Below are positions 51,601 to 64,000 of a DNA stretch of 64,000 bases, in pieces (within the stretch, counting starts at the first letter, position 1; each line of letters opens with the position of its first letter). The position numbers were made by a program, and so were the translations under genes. Below the pieces are notes generated by a model. The model saw only the letters and a list, made by a program, of their open reading frames with translations, searched no databases and had not been told where the DNA came from. Source of the DNA: Takakia lepidozioides (taxonomy: Eukaryota > Plantae > Bryophyta); assembly GCA_030704615.1 (NCBI GenBank), contig CM060731.1:25544001-25608000 (forward strand), written 5' to 3'.

Positions 51601-54600
51601 AAGCAATTGAACATGTGAAGGGCTAAAAAGCCAGTGGACGTGATAGTAATGTCAACAAGCTAATAAGGCATGGTGGCAATCCTATGGTAGAAGCCCTTGC
51701 CCTCCTCTTTTTTACCTTCTTTGGAAGACTGAAATGATACCCTTTCACTGGAGAGAGGGTATCATTATCAATCTGTATAAGAAAGCGACAGAGAGGAGCC
51801 TGGGAACTGTGTGGCATTAAACTTCTTAGTGCAGTTGGCTGTGGTCAATAGCCAGAGGTCTAATTTATTTGACACTGACCAAGGTGTTAGCTCATCAAGG
51901 TTGTACCCTCTCCGCACTGCTCTTCAGTGTTTTGCATTAATCAGCTGCTTGAAGATGTGGAAAGCGAGGGATTTGAGTTAAAGGTGGCCACCATACCATC
52001 TCTTATGTTTGCAGATGACTTCCCAGGCCTAGGGGATACCCCATCCAATCTTCAGGAGTTGATTGACGGTGTGAAGAGGTACTTTGACTTGTGGAGGCTA
52101 GAAGACAATGTTAGTAAATGTGCGGTGGTGGCCTTCAATGACCGTGGGGAGGGAGGAGGGGATCCCAAATGGACATGGGGCAGCGAAGAGATCCTGTGTT
52201 CCCTCCGTATCTTGGTGGCGGGTTTTCCTCCTGTTGTAACTGGAATGTGCACATGCGAAGAAGTGGTTCAAACAGCTGAACTCAAAGCTCTCACTCAATT
52301 TTCCACTGCAGAGGGATAAATACGCAAGTTCCAACCATGCTAAAACTTTAGAATCCACTCAGCTTTCGGTGCTCAAGGGAGAGCATGTCAGCGTGCTCTA
52401 GAACAGCTAACGTGGCTGTTCCGAGCGGGTTTGGCCTACCACCCTTGAGCTCTCAATGTGATGAGTTCGAGGTCAGATGGTGGGGTCTATTGAATCGCAT
52501 GCTTAATACCAGATACCTTAAGATGATCGACTCTATTTCTTTATTTCTTGGAAGTAAGACCGCCTGTTAAACAGGCTAGTCCTGGCGGAAAAAGGGTAGA
52601 GGAGATTTTCAAGTACCTGAATTTTAGGCTGAAAGAACTGACCCTGCTAGATGAAACTGAGTTGGAGGCTGAGGTGTCTAAGGCCATGTCAGAAGCACGA
52701 CGAATGTCCAAACAAAACGAAGTAGGGATAAAACTTCCCTGAACTTGTTTCCAGTTTGTGACACGGGAGAGGACCTTAAGGATGATCTGAAGGGCCAACC
52801 TACCCTCGGCACTAGAGTGATAATTTTACTGAAGGTGGGGAGTATACCTTTGAACAATAAACAGATGCAGAGACAAAAGGGAGATTGCCAATGCCCGATG
52901 TGCGGGTGGCCTGAAGACAATATCAATTTTCTGATAGTGTCCGGGGTACAGTCATCCTAAACCCTAAACCCTAAACCCTCTTCAGGACCATCAAGAACAT
53001 AGTCCCTGCACCTCTGTTCACCACTCTCGAGGCTACACCTCAAGCCCTGGCCCTGTTGGGTCTAATTGCTACACCCAGCAGGTTGATGCTTGTGTGGAGG
53101 GATTTCTAGAGGAAACCTGGAAAACCCGAACAAATAGTTTATTTAAGTCCTACTACTGGGCGCTGGGTCTATGTCTACAAGTCTATAGCATTCTCTCACT
53201 CTTTGTCACAAAGACACAACACACATGACCGCTTTCATTTTGTTTGCCAAGGTCAAGTGGAAGAAGGGAACTCAAAGAGGTAAAGGGCACACCTGTAATC
53301 AATACACGCAACAATGATGCCACGATCAACCATCTGCTGGCCTAATAAAGAGCCCCATGCCTTGTACCTGCCAACCGCGACCCCAACTTCGCTTTCAGAA
53401 GTCCTCAGTGAAATCAACTCGATATAGAGGCATATGTACATACAGCAGGGAACAGACTCCCATATGACAACATGCAGAAAGAGTCTCACCCAATGATCCA
53501 GGCACCACCCGTCACAAAAATCACCACGGGCTTTGGTTTGTCATTGTTCACTGGTAAATACAAGTCCAATCTGCCCACCATCCCGCATTTTGCATGGGTC
53601 ACAAATGTGTAAGAGAGATGAACTCACTGACCACTCACTGTGGATGTCATCTCTGGCACCTGTGAGAACCTAGACTCCCGGATCCAGTCATGGGGTACTT
53701 TAGCTAGACTATTCTCAGAATTTGTGCAGAGCTGAAAACAATCTAATTACAAGGCTTTCAAATTATACCATACTAAAGAGCACAAGGCTGAGACCAATGC
53801 TTACTGTAGCCTGTATCCTAACACAAATGTAACAAACGGCAGCATGTTTTCTGAGATCAGAACTAGAGATAATTAACTTGTAAACTTCCCTTCCCTTACC
53901 CTGGGGCCAGACCTTGTGCCCGGTATATTCAAAGGGAGTGAGGACAGAGGAGGACATGATGTATGCAACATAATACCTGTTGCGGGGTTGGTCCCCATAA
54001 ACGATGCTGCGATGGACACACTTTGAGAAATAATAGTAGAACCCCACTGAAACAGTTGCAAGTGTACTGCATTAGAACCCACTGAAACTGTTCAAAGCAC
54101 AAGTTTTGGAATCTTTTGTTTGCTGGACCATATCAATCAGCCGAACCATTCTCCCATTGAATGATGATAAACTGGAATAAAATATATATACACCATGTGC
54201 ATGGGGCATGTGATTCCACCACATGACAACTATCTGGTTACTATCGAACATTCACAATCAAGTTCGCCTGTTCAAGCCTCACTTATCCTCCTCAACATAT
54301 CCAAATTCTTTCACGTCAATCTGAACACATTGCTTTACAAGGCCATCTCTTATGGCTACGGCAGATTTTCCAACTTTGAAAGTCTCGAGGCTGAGCCAAA
54401 AGCCCAGGCCCTCCTGAGGCCTAGTTTTTGGGCAAATCACACACCGCAGATTGATGCTTGTGTGAAGGGATTTCTAGAGGATATCTGGAAAACCCGGATT
54501 AATTCTATATATGGAGGTAAGTCTTACTACCAACGTCACCCCTGACAGAGGTAGGTTCTGTCCCTTTTGTTCCTGCTCAATCTGGGCACGGGGTCAATGG

Positions 54601-56982
54601 CCACAAGGCTACGGCAAACAACGTCTTATGTGTACAATCTTATGGCTACGGCAAACAATGTCTCATGAGTACATTCTGATGACATCTTATTTGCCTGCCA
54701 ATCTAAGGAACGAATGAACTTACTCCTTGAGTAGCCACAAGTTTTCGCCAACCCAATATGCTGAAATACCACACATGATGTGAAAAGCAAGGGGATGTAT
54801 TTTCACCCTGAATGAAGCCAGGCATCAGGAACAGTGCGTAGAGAGCAAGAGCCGCAAATTTAATTATCCATCGGTATCCAAGTCTGGTAATTCAACCAAA
54901 CACACAGTTATGTACACTGCAACATTTCCATCCTTATGCACTTCTTTAAAGCAAACCATGGTTAATGACTAGAACACATATAGAAATTAGGGTACTCATA
55001 CCAGCCTTAATGTATCAAAAGCTACAGCAATCATGGTGGATCTGCTGCACCTTGGGACCAAAAAACACGGGCTAGACATAATCAATGATGGCAACATTAC
55101 TCAGACACAATATAGCTGCAGCTATGGCTGCTCAACTGAATAGACACTCAGGTTCAGGTTGAATGGAAAGCCTCTATACCTCCAGTGAAAGTTTTGCCTA
55201 ACCGTAGATGTAGGTTCTCTAATCGAAGCTTGAGAATTTGTCGTCGAAAATGATAAAAGGTTACAGAGGGCAACTACACTGTACTCTGAGCTGATCTGTT
55301 AGATGGTAAACCCCACACATAGGCTGCATTTCATTTTTGAATCTTGGTGAGATTGTGAAATCATGAGCTTGACATCGCAGACAGTCATAGGTTACCGGGT
55401 TGATTTTCTGTGTTTTTGGGGCTACCACTGGATGCAAATGCGATTCCACGACCACTAACGTAACCACATAACAGTGCCAGTCACATAGTAGCAAGTTGGT
55501 TAGTGAGCCACCTATTGGAAGTCCAGCACACAAGGATGTGAGACAGAAGCACATATCAAAAGATGCTCTAGGAAAGGGAACCTTACCCAAGGTATCTTAG
55601 GAGCGTTAAGGTAAGTCGCGAGATCAAGTAGGTTTCAGTGGCAGCGTGGTGCATGTCATTCCGAAACTCCGATAACGAATTTTGACGAGGAGGCCTACTG
55701 AGGAGGCCTGATGGATCAGACATAGTTCTGCGTCGCCGTTGCTCGCCCCCGAGAAGAGGTTTGTACTGAGTCACAGTCCAATCAAATGCCACAGCTTACC
55801 AAAATTGAAACACAAAATTAGAAATTGGTCTCGACATTGGAACCGAGAAAATGTCCTGAAAAGTACAAGATCCTGAAGTGGATGGGAAGAAGAGGGCAGC
55901 AAGAAGGGCTTTTGCTTTTATTGGCATGCCTCCACTGCCAGTCCCTTTCGAGAATGCAGCATCGTATACAACAGTGTGCTATTTTACCAACCTAGGAAAC
56001 AAAGAGGTGAGTTTCAACATACGCGGCGAGGATGTGTTTTGACCTCAGTTGTACTCTCTGACAACAAGTGTGACAGACTGCCACTGCTTGACCAGCGCTC
56101 AGAATCTCCAAAAGAACTTCCATCTCCATCCGACAGCACCTTCAGGTTCACTGTTGTATCGACTTCAATTTCAGAGCTTTCACTAATTGTTACAGGGTAA
56201 GGCCGCGGGGGCGTAGAATGCACACTGTCCAGAGTTACATCTACATGACTTGTTCGAGATGGTACCACTGTGCTTCTGTACACTTCATCTATGCTCAGCA
56301 TCTTCACTGTGCCCTTGCAGGAGCCAGTATCCTTCCCTGTTTGCACTTTGAGATCCAAGGTTTTGGTTTTCGGAGTGCCCCGACCTGTAACCTCCTCTTC
56401 TTTGCTGGAAACACTTTCTGCAATACTCGTATCTTTGACTCTTTGCCTTTCTGGGTAGTGCTTGTCGTACTCTGTTGCAATTCCAGAATTTGAAAAATGC
56501 CTTCCCAGATGACCAGATTGTTTCCAATATACGCTTTCAGGCACCATAAACTGTACCTTCCAGATATCTGAATAAGCTCTATAGGATACCTGATTGTGCT
56601 GGGGGCTTTTCTCGGCACCAAATACCTTCCAGATATCTGAATAAGCTCTATAGGATACCTGATTGTGCTGGGGGCTTTTCTTGGCACCACATACCTTCCA
56701 GATATCTGAATAAGCTCTATAGGATACCTGATTGTGGGGGTTTTTCTCGGCACCAAATACTGGAAAGTCTCTTCCTTTGCTCTTCCAGCCGTGAAAACGT
56801 CTACCAATGTGCTCAGTGTATTTGGCTGCTGAGACTCTGGATCTACTCCAGCACTTGTTGACAAACATACAGCAATGCCTGCCAGATACTGCAATTGAAC
56901 ACCACACATGGTGGGAGAGTAGCTCACTGTAAACATCCCTTGCTGGGTGGGTGAAGTCTAATGAAGTTAAAAGTAAGTGCAT
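48616..56982 (-). CDS. ICME: Isoprenylcysteine alpha-carbonyl methylesterase (ICME/PCME family), probably with a long N-terminal extension exon
   Basis: Approximate exons: 56982-56023 (less certain), 55765-55586, 54885-54807, 54047-53976, 53570-53490, 53367-53291, 51152-51048, 50945-50806, 50212-50146, 49790-49648, 49518-49428, 48776-48616. Motifs [90 protein letters not shown]. Confidence 0.92.
49150..49372 (+). mobile_element. Two short 3'-end LINE fragments in the last ICME intron
   Basis: aaactgggtgcagggtctatggcc...tacattctctctc occurs twice. Confidence 0.8.
50428..50665 (-). mobile_element. LINE 3' end joined to an internal LINE piece, ending at a GA tract
   Basis: tttgccatagccttgtggccattgaccccgcgcc, followed by sequence resembling 38045-38170 in reverse. 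Confidence 0.8.
51305..53200 (+). mobile_element. Short 3' fragment plus an older, heavily degenerate 1.8-kb copy of the LINE
   Basis: Peptides [43 protein letters not shown], with many indels. Confidence 0.9.
52956..52979. repeat. Interstitial telomere-like repeat (CCCTAAA), about 3 units
   Basis: cctaaaccctaaaccctaaaccct read directly. Confidence 0.85.
54350..54680 (+). mobile_element. Young 3' LINE fragment with reiterated terminal motif
   Basis: 54370-54640 closely matches 38765-39035. tatggctacggca occurs before (54351) and after (54641) the copy. Confidence 0.9.
56554..56760 (-). repeat. 69-bp (23-aa) x 3 in-frame tandem repeat
   Basis: taccttccagatatctgaataagc at 56554, 56623 and 56692. 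Unit V(F/C)GA(E/K)[18 protein letters not shown]. Confidence 0.95.
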
Positions 56983-59900
56983 CCAGAGAGTTCCTTGTTG
57001 GATTACATCTCCCTAATAGTGAAATGAGAAAGGCTGACCGGTGGACAGTATGAGGCAACTTGCTGCTTCATAATGCCCACGAGTACCACCTTCTAAACTT
57101 TCTTTGATTTGTAGATGTCTTTTACTGTCATACCACTAACAAAATGCTGCTGACCTGGTGAAAAATGAGCTAGACGACTGACTTGACCTCCCATGACTTC
57201 CTTACAAAGCATATATGCCTAGCTGATTTGTGGCTTTCATTATTTCACTGAATCAGTGTGGCTTCATTGGCCATGGAAATGGTGGCGAGAGATTAAACCT
57301 GGAAGTATTCGGTCAAATTGTACCAACAATGAGCCAATCAATATGCCTGAGTTTAACGCCAGAATCTTAAACTCTGCACTTCAAACCCGAGTAAATTCTG
57401 CATGTGCATACGCAGCAACTTCCTGTCAGTATGATATTGACCAAATGTATGTTACTACTACAGCCTTTGAAATCAAAGCCTCCACACAGAACCAACCCTG
57501 ACAGAGGGATGTGAATGTACTAGTTGGTCGCTTTGAACAGCAGGTGGACTCTAATACTCTGGCCTCAGTAGGGCCACAAAACATCCTTTAAAGACAATTG
57601 AGAAAATTCAGGGCATTGACACGGTGAAAGTAAGTGATGGATCAAAGACAGTCAGAAGGTGGTTCAAAGCAGTGGTCCCTTGAGAGAGCATATAGAAAGG
57701 TTTCATTTGGAGCTCAAGCGACACCAGTTAGAAGTGTCAAAGAGATTTTTTTTTGCAGTGCCATTGCTGTAGGGGATTTACTTTCAGGCTGCCATTACTC
57801 TCAAGTGCACATTTCTATCCAGTGCAACTAGACCTCGAAACTGATATGTTCATACTGGGCAGAATCGATGGGACAAGTCAAATGATCCATAGATAAAATG
57901 GGACCCAGGTGGTTGAGCCACAACTGAGGACTGATTGAAGGGTTAGTGACTACAACCCTGAGAAGTAGATGCAATCTCGTGAACGAAGCTTTCTGGAAAG
58001 TGAAGTGGTGAAACTCTAACTTTCCGCAATGATATTCTAACAATTGGACTCAGAATTCAGCGTCCTCCCGTCCCCGTCCCTCATCTCCCAACCCTTTCAA
58101 GCCAGGCGTGGAACTACAGCCACATGGCTACTGCAGACACACGTTAATGAGCACTCGGCACTCTAGTGGGATGACGGTGCGATTGTGTGGGACAGACACA
58201 GACGGAGAGAGAACGCCCCGCAAACAGCCAATCAATATGACAATGGGGAATGACAAGTAAAATGGAATCCAGCGAATAAGTGTGGCCAGCCTGAAACTCT
58301 CTGTAACTGTATCCCACAAGTGGAGTGTAGGTTTGGCAATGGCCATCTGCTCTGCTCTCCTCCGATCCCCCTCCCTCCTCTCCCTCCCCCCCAACCCAGA
58401 CGTAGACCTACAGCCACACGGCTACCGCAGACACAGCGTACTGAGCAATCGTCATTCTAATGAATATGCGATTGTGCGAGACAGCCGGAATTGGCTTGCA
58501 TAAAACACATCATAGATGAGTCTGATCAAGGTCCCCAATTATGAAATTTTCACATATAAAAATGAGGCACTTAATCTACAAGATTCCTCATCTGGTTGGA
58601 AGCCCAATACCGTTGCAACTTCCTGTCTCTGTCTCTCTCTCCATCATAGCAACCATGCCATTCTTGATTCATTTGAAGAATTATGCGTCACGGGATCAAC
58701 ACATTCCTATGAACCCCGCAGTAAATTTCCTTACACAACTTCCTGTTCAGCAAGAGCCCACGATCTACTCTAAAACCAGTAGCAGCTCAAAATTTCTTAG
58801 AGAGACTCGCAAGATCTTGAGCAGAAAGACTCACCTGGAAGAAAATCATCAAGTGTGTTGTCAGCAAATTACAAAGGCAATGTGCAACTCCCAGCTCCAC
58901 AACGCCTGCTCTCTTCTCCTCACTATCTACCACGCCCCCGCCATCGCCTTTTCGGTCGAGCGTGCCAACACTCAACCCTTATAAGCACGCCTCACCGCCG
59001 TAGCCCGGTCCACCTGATACACGCTGTGGCTACCTCCCTACAGGTACTTCCTAAAGTAAATTGTAATTGGTTTTGCGTGGGAAGCGCCTAGAAAGCACCC
59101 GAGAATTTCAGAGGGAAAAACAAAAAAAAAAAAAAAAAAAAAAACGATGCATCGATCGGCGTTCGGGATCCATCGTTTTTTTGGTGTTTGATGTTTATGA
59201 AGTGGAAAAAAGATTCCGATTACCTGCAGGGAGGTAGTGTTCCACCTTCGGGGGCCTCTGCAGCATTTGCTTAGGTATTTGTTTTGTTAATTATCCTACT
59301 TAAGTCGGAAAATTCCGAGTAAGTCGGGTCAGGTGAGAAAATACTAAAAATATCTTGCTTTTAAGAGAGAATATTCCACGGAGCTACCCGTCACGTCACC
59401 GGGTATAATGATCCGGGCGAGACACATGGCTGCCACCGCGCGGTGTATCTGCCCGGGCCCGGGGCATCAGCGGGTGGAGGGTGATCTCTGTCGTCATTCA
59501 TCCACTTGTCCAATTTCTGGGGTTTGGCATCAACACTTGGCACCAGCATGTCCGGTCACTGCTGCTAGACTGACCGGGTCTCCTAAGACCGGGAGCGGGT
59601 AACGGCAGGTTACCATCCCCCTCCACGTATGTATTGGCGAGCTGGTCTCTCGACCAGAACTTGAGATATGTAGTTGCAAGTGTACTGAGTGGCCCGCAGG
59701 GCGATAGGAACGAGCTGCCAACAGTACAATCTCTGACGAGATGATCTTGGAAAGAAAAGTCTGATTGCACTTGGAGGCTTGGCATTGCTTGGTTTGCAGG
59801 AGCCAAATAGATACGGAGATGCTTTCAAGTGTAGAGCGCACGAAGGATATGTGCTGCGTACTGGATGTAGCCTAGCCTTGCAAATGTTCTGAACGTATGC

Positions 59901-60167
59901 TCAGATCGCAGTGCACAGCCATGATATGTAGGTATTTCTTTACGCATTTCACTTCCTCTTGCCTACACCATGCATCACTTGATCCTAAACTGCCTGACAC
60001 GAGATATAGATAGGGCTAGGCTTCTAAGCCCTGAGAGAACTATGCCTGGTTCAGTTATCGCGATTTACAATGTCCTAACCTCGTATTAGTAGAGCAGAGG
60101 CACAGGTTTCAATTTGTTTCGCAGAAACCTTGTGGCGACGGATACCTCAAGCAGAGGTCTGCATTAA

Positions 60168-61244
60168 CCCTTCAAGGACGAGCCTGTTTTTGGTGGGCCC
60201 CGTCTAAAACCAGCCATACCCTCACGGATGAGGGTGTATCTCCCATTGGACAAACATCCGAGGGGATGAACCGTTCCAAAGTCATCCTACCTACTTCATG
60301 CACCTCAAGTAAAAATTTCAGGAGAATTAACCGTCTAAAGTGGAAGATTATAAAAAAAATTCTAGGGTTTTTTTTTTGTTGGATATATTTTCAACATGAA
60401 AATTTGGTTTGACCAAGCAGATTGCCAACCTTTTTTATTTTTCATTGATACAGCCTACCCAGATTCAGATTATATGGCACCCACAGCAAAGCCTCCCAAA
60501 ATTCCAGAGCCAAATTCCAAAAATGCATAATGGTTGCTTTGTATGGGAAAACAGGGGAGTCAAAATGCCAATTTCTCTCATGGGAAAAACACATCCCCCC
60601 AAATGTGGGGCAATTTGTGAGGGAATCCAAATTCCTCTCGTCATGTTGTTGTTTGCCTACCTACCGAGTACCCTGGAAAAAACATTCCACATTCTAAGCT
60701 GTTTGTAGCCAAAGATTGCCAAAAAACCGAATCCCTACTTGAATCCCAGCTCCGGCAAAGAATCACCGGAGCCAGTGAATATTACCGGCCAAAAAATCCG
60801 GCCACGTCATCACAAACCAAGGAAGTCACGGGCCCTCCACCCTGCGTTTCAGCGCTCTCCCTCCATGACCTGCCAACGGCCACCTGATTGGGCCACGTGC
60901 CTGGCGTTTCGCGCGTGCCGGGGGTCCGCCGCTGTCCGCACGGGCGGACATGCAGCCACCCGCTGTCACCCGCTGCCGGCAAACGCCCACCCCCCCAATC
61001 CTGCCTGCCACGTCTGCCAGTCAACCTGCTGACGGGCCCAAAACCACAGGATTTTGGGTACCCCTCCAGATTCCAAAAAATCTGACGGCGGGGGATTAGA
61101 TTTTTTAGGGTGCGATCAACACAGGGGGCCGTAAATATTTATGGGCTACACTTTTCGTTCAGGAATCGTTTTCATCCGACATGATCTGCGCATTTATCAT
61201 CCAATCGAATTTTGACCGATACGGGTCGCCTCGTCCTTGAAGGG
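60168..61244. mobile_element. piggyBac-type non-autonomous element (MITE), 1077 bp
   Basis: TTAA|CCCTTCAAGGACGAG ... CTCGTCCTTGAAGGG|TTAA: a perfect 15-bp TIR beginning CCC and TTAA on both sides (60164-60167, 61245-61248). No transposase ORF. Confidence 0.85.
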
Positions 61245-62015
61245 TTAACCCCTAAAGCCCCCTACAGCTCCTTTCACCCTTGCTTGAAAAATCGGCACCT
61301 CTAGCTAAGTTATCTTTTTACTTCAGACCTAAACACGTGCTAAGATCCACACACCTTCACCGTCACTCATGTTCCTAACGACATTCCTTACCTTCAACAT
61401 GGCAATCTGCCGTCGATATTGGAATCTGTTAACTTTTCTGTAACATCAACAGTTTCTGCATCCTCTGGACTTGGAGTCCGATGCACGGATGAGACGAGAC
61501 CGCTACGGTAGGGAAAAATTCATAAATCTGTTGGAAATTCCTAAACGGATAAGCCTCTTGTCTGGCAGCCTAGGAATCTCCTTCTTCATTATGGCTGTCA
61601 GTGGGCCCATCCCCCTCTTAGTAGAAGACCGGGTTATACTCTAGGTTGGATATGCCCTCCTTCATGGTCATGCTACCTTTAGTTGGCGCTAACTTCTAAG
61701 GTCTAAGATTAGATTAGTCCCAACTCTGGCAAGAGGGTCCACTGTCCATTCTTGGATTTGCGTACAGATTTGTGCTTAGATGCATGATCTCTTGCATTTT
61801 AGTTCACAATTTCTCTGTGTGTACCTTTGGCTCTGCATGCGAAACTGTTCTCTACCCTTCGACATTAATTAATTCACTTTAAGAGAGAACGAATATTTTA
61901 AAATTCTGCCTTGGTAAGTAGACGAAATATGGGAATATCTTCATTTAAAAAGATGAACTTTGAAAACAAAAGGTGGCAATATGGTAGTGAAAATGTCAAG
62001 TTTGAAAACAAAAGA

Positions 62016-62349
62016 AAATACAGAGTTTAAACATTTTTACCACTAACCATGACTATGATTTGCCAAAGAGTTATGGTTAACCATAACTATGACCTGTGAC
62101 AAAGAATATCAACTCTACGGGAATTTGACATGGCCCACCTAATTTAATGAGAAGTACCCATGAGTGGGGAATTCCTCAAAAATTGGATGAAGCGGAAAAC
62201 AAAATACAAAGTTTAAACATTTTTACCACTAGCCATGACTATGGCTTGCCAGAGAGTTATGGATACATAACTATAATCTATGATAGAGAATGTCAACTCT
62301 ACGTGAATCTTGACATGGCCCACCTAATTTAATGAAGTACCCATGAGTG
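62016..62349. repeat. Diverged direct repeat, about 150 bp x 2 (period about 185 bp)
   Basis: gtttaaacatttttaccacta...gacatggcccacctaatttaatga...gtacccatgagtg at 62016-62167 and 62201-62349. Confidence 0.9.
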
Positions 62350-63420
62350 CCCAATATTGTGAGTAAGCTTGCGGAACCTGGCGACCTACATGTATTTAAT
62401 GATTCTGGCAGGGCGAAATAGAGGGGCCACTACGGTACACTCCCAATTTCTTTGATCTAGCCATGGAGGCCATCAAGCTCTGTGGACAACCTCCTTTGTA
62501 GTAATCCATAGGTGCACAACTGAATTTTCTGCACTTTGCCACCGAGCTTTTTGGTTTAGGAGCAGATTTGTCGAGGTTTTTGGTCCGTCCCAATGTCATG
62601 AATGAAGGTCTACTAAATGTTTGACTGAATCTGTCCGCTGAAATCCCCTCAGATGGGTTTCCCTTATTGTTTCTCAGGGCTTATTCAATGGGCTACCCCT
62701 CTGAGGATGGAGCCAGCCTGCATTCATAGATGGCCGTGCAGAGGGTGGGACCCACCCCTCCGCTCCCTCCATCCTCAATTTCGACCGGCGTGCCATCTAG
62801 GGGAACTCCGCACCAAGGTTCGGGCAGCAGGGAAGGCAAATCTGCCCGCATGTCCGATTTGCGCCGCGAGAATCGCCATAACAGTTTGCCATGTGCGGCA
62901 ATGGTCCCGGGGCAGGAGTCATTGGAAAGCGCTCGTTGGCCGTTACACTTTAGCTGCTTACTGCGTGTCAATCGGACTCCAATCCAGAAAGATATGGGGG
63001 CGGTAGAACGAAGGCCTTGGAGGGTTAACACGTTAACATCCAGTCTTCAGAAGGAGCTCATCGGCACGTCAACTCAACTGAAAGATGAGAACGAGAATAA
63101 CAAATAAATGGATTGCTTAACAGGCTGTTCATGCCACTACCTCCTGTGCATTTTCAAAGGCCAGTAACGGTGGGCAGCCAGGCTCCAATTCTCTACTCAG
63201 TAGACATGCAATATGCAGAAGAATGTACGGACCAGTGGGTTACGATCATAGACCGGCAATTCGGAAGGGTACCTGTGGAACTTCCATTACTAGTAGTCTA
63301 CTGAGGTCATTATAACGACGACTCAGAAAAGGTAATTTTTTCATGGTTGAATGTGAGATGGTTGGCAGATTGACAGCCAATGTACTATGTTTTAGTCACC
63401 CCCGGAACTACCAATAATCT

Positions 63421-64000
63421 CTACAATTTACTTGATACTTCGGCATCCAAGGCCTTCGCTCTCTCCCGCAGTACAAACTTTTGAATCTTTCCTGTTGAAG
63501 TCTTAGGGAGCTCACAGAACACTACTGTCCGGGGGACAGCAAATCTGGGAAGATGCTTTCTGCAGTAGGATATAATACTCTCAGGGGACAACACCTTCCC
63601 AGACCCCTTCAATGTGACAAATGCACAGGGTGTCTCACCCCAGTACGAGTGGGGCCGTGCCACCACTGCAGCTTCAAAGATGTCAGGGTGCTGATACAGC
63701 ACAGACTCAACCTCAACTGAACTTATATTTTCACCCCCAGAGATAATGATGTCCTTCGACCTGTCCTTGACCTCAATATACCCATCTGGGTGCATTACTG
63801 CCAAGTCCCCTGTGTGAAACCAACCTCCCTCAAACGCGAGTCTTGTTGCTTCCTCGTCTTTTAAGTAGCCCTTCATGATTGTGCTTCCCTTCGCCATAAT
63901 CTCACCAACTGTGCTCCCATCTCGTGGAACTGGAGCCATAGTGGACGGATCCAACACATCAACTGCTTGAAGGCCAAGGTGGAGAACCCCTTGTCGGGCT
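63421..64000 (-). CDS. Peroxisomal acyl-activating enzyme (AAE clade I, short-chain acyl-CoA synthetase-like), 3' part; continues beyond the window
   Basis: [61 protein letters not shown], and C-terminal PTS1 SKL. Confidence 0.95.
   Translation of the reverse strand, partial: ARQGVLHLGLQAVDVLDPSTMAPVPRDGSTVGEIMAKGSTIMKGYLKDEEATRLAFEGGWFHTGDLAVMHPDGYIEVKDRSKDIIISGGENISSVEVESVLYQHPDIFEAAVVARPHSYWGETPCAFVTLKGSGKVLSPESIISYCRKHLPRFAVPRTVVFCELPKTSTGKIQKFVLRERAKALDAEVSSKL

Noticed and set aside
58110-58490. Diverged ~70-bp direct repeat (about 58113 and 58408) as LTRs
   Set aside because: Too short and diverged, with no TSD or internal retroelement features.
59400-63400. Numerous 60-125-aa ORFs here and at 3300-5900
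   Set aside because: No recognisable domains; they overlap in several frames, as expected by chance in GC-rich non-coding DNA.

Overview
Eukaryotic nuclear DNA from a land plant, probably non-seed. This rests on spliceosomal introns, abundant PLS-class PPR sequence, an HNL-type hydrolase domain and a CCCTAAA repeat; the species cannot be determined. Host genes or gene-like loci: a 3-exon alpha/beta-hydrolase (1.8-3.3 kb, nucleophile Ser replaced by Asn), a membrane-anchored PMEI-domain gene (6.1-7.4 kb), a 20-exon SAC1/SAC8-type phosphoinositide phosphatase (29.9-46.8 kb, minus, with an AT-AC U12 intron and a GC-AG intron), an isoprenylcysteine methylesterase (48.6-57.0 kb, minus) and the 3' end of a peroxisomal acyl-activating enzyme (63.4-64 kb). 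The most striking structure is 8855-28165: two head-to-tail, non-autonomous Helitron/Helentron-like elements (about 6 and 13 kb) with matching termini. Their interiors are mosaics of captured host-gene pieces, several with introns (NTRC, PAL, CMS1, GT31 galactosyltransferase, an OSB PDF motif, a LINE ORF1-like ORF, an intact Dof-like ORF), interspersed with PPR fragments and in places fused in frame to them. The introns of the SAC and ICME genes are colonised by one RTE-X-like LINE family that ends in, and appears to insert into, (TC)n tracts: one near-full-length copy and about 13 3' fragments, including a 1.7-kb inverted pair around two exons. A TTAA-flanked piggyBac-type MITE lies at 60168-61244. 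All protein and family assignments are by eye from motifs; no database search was run.
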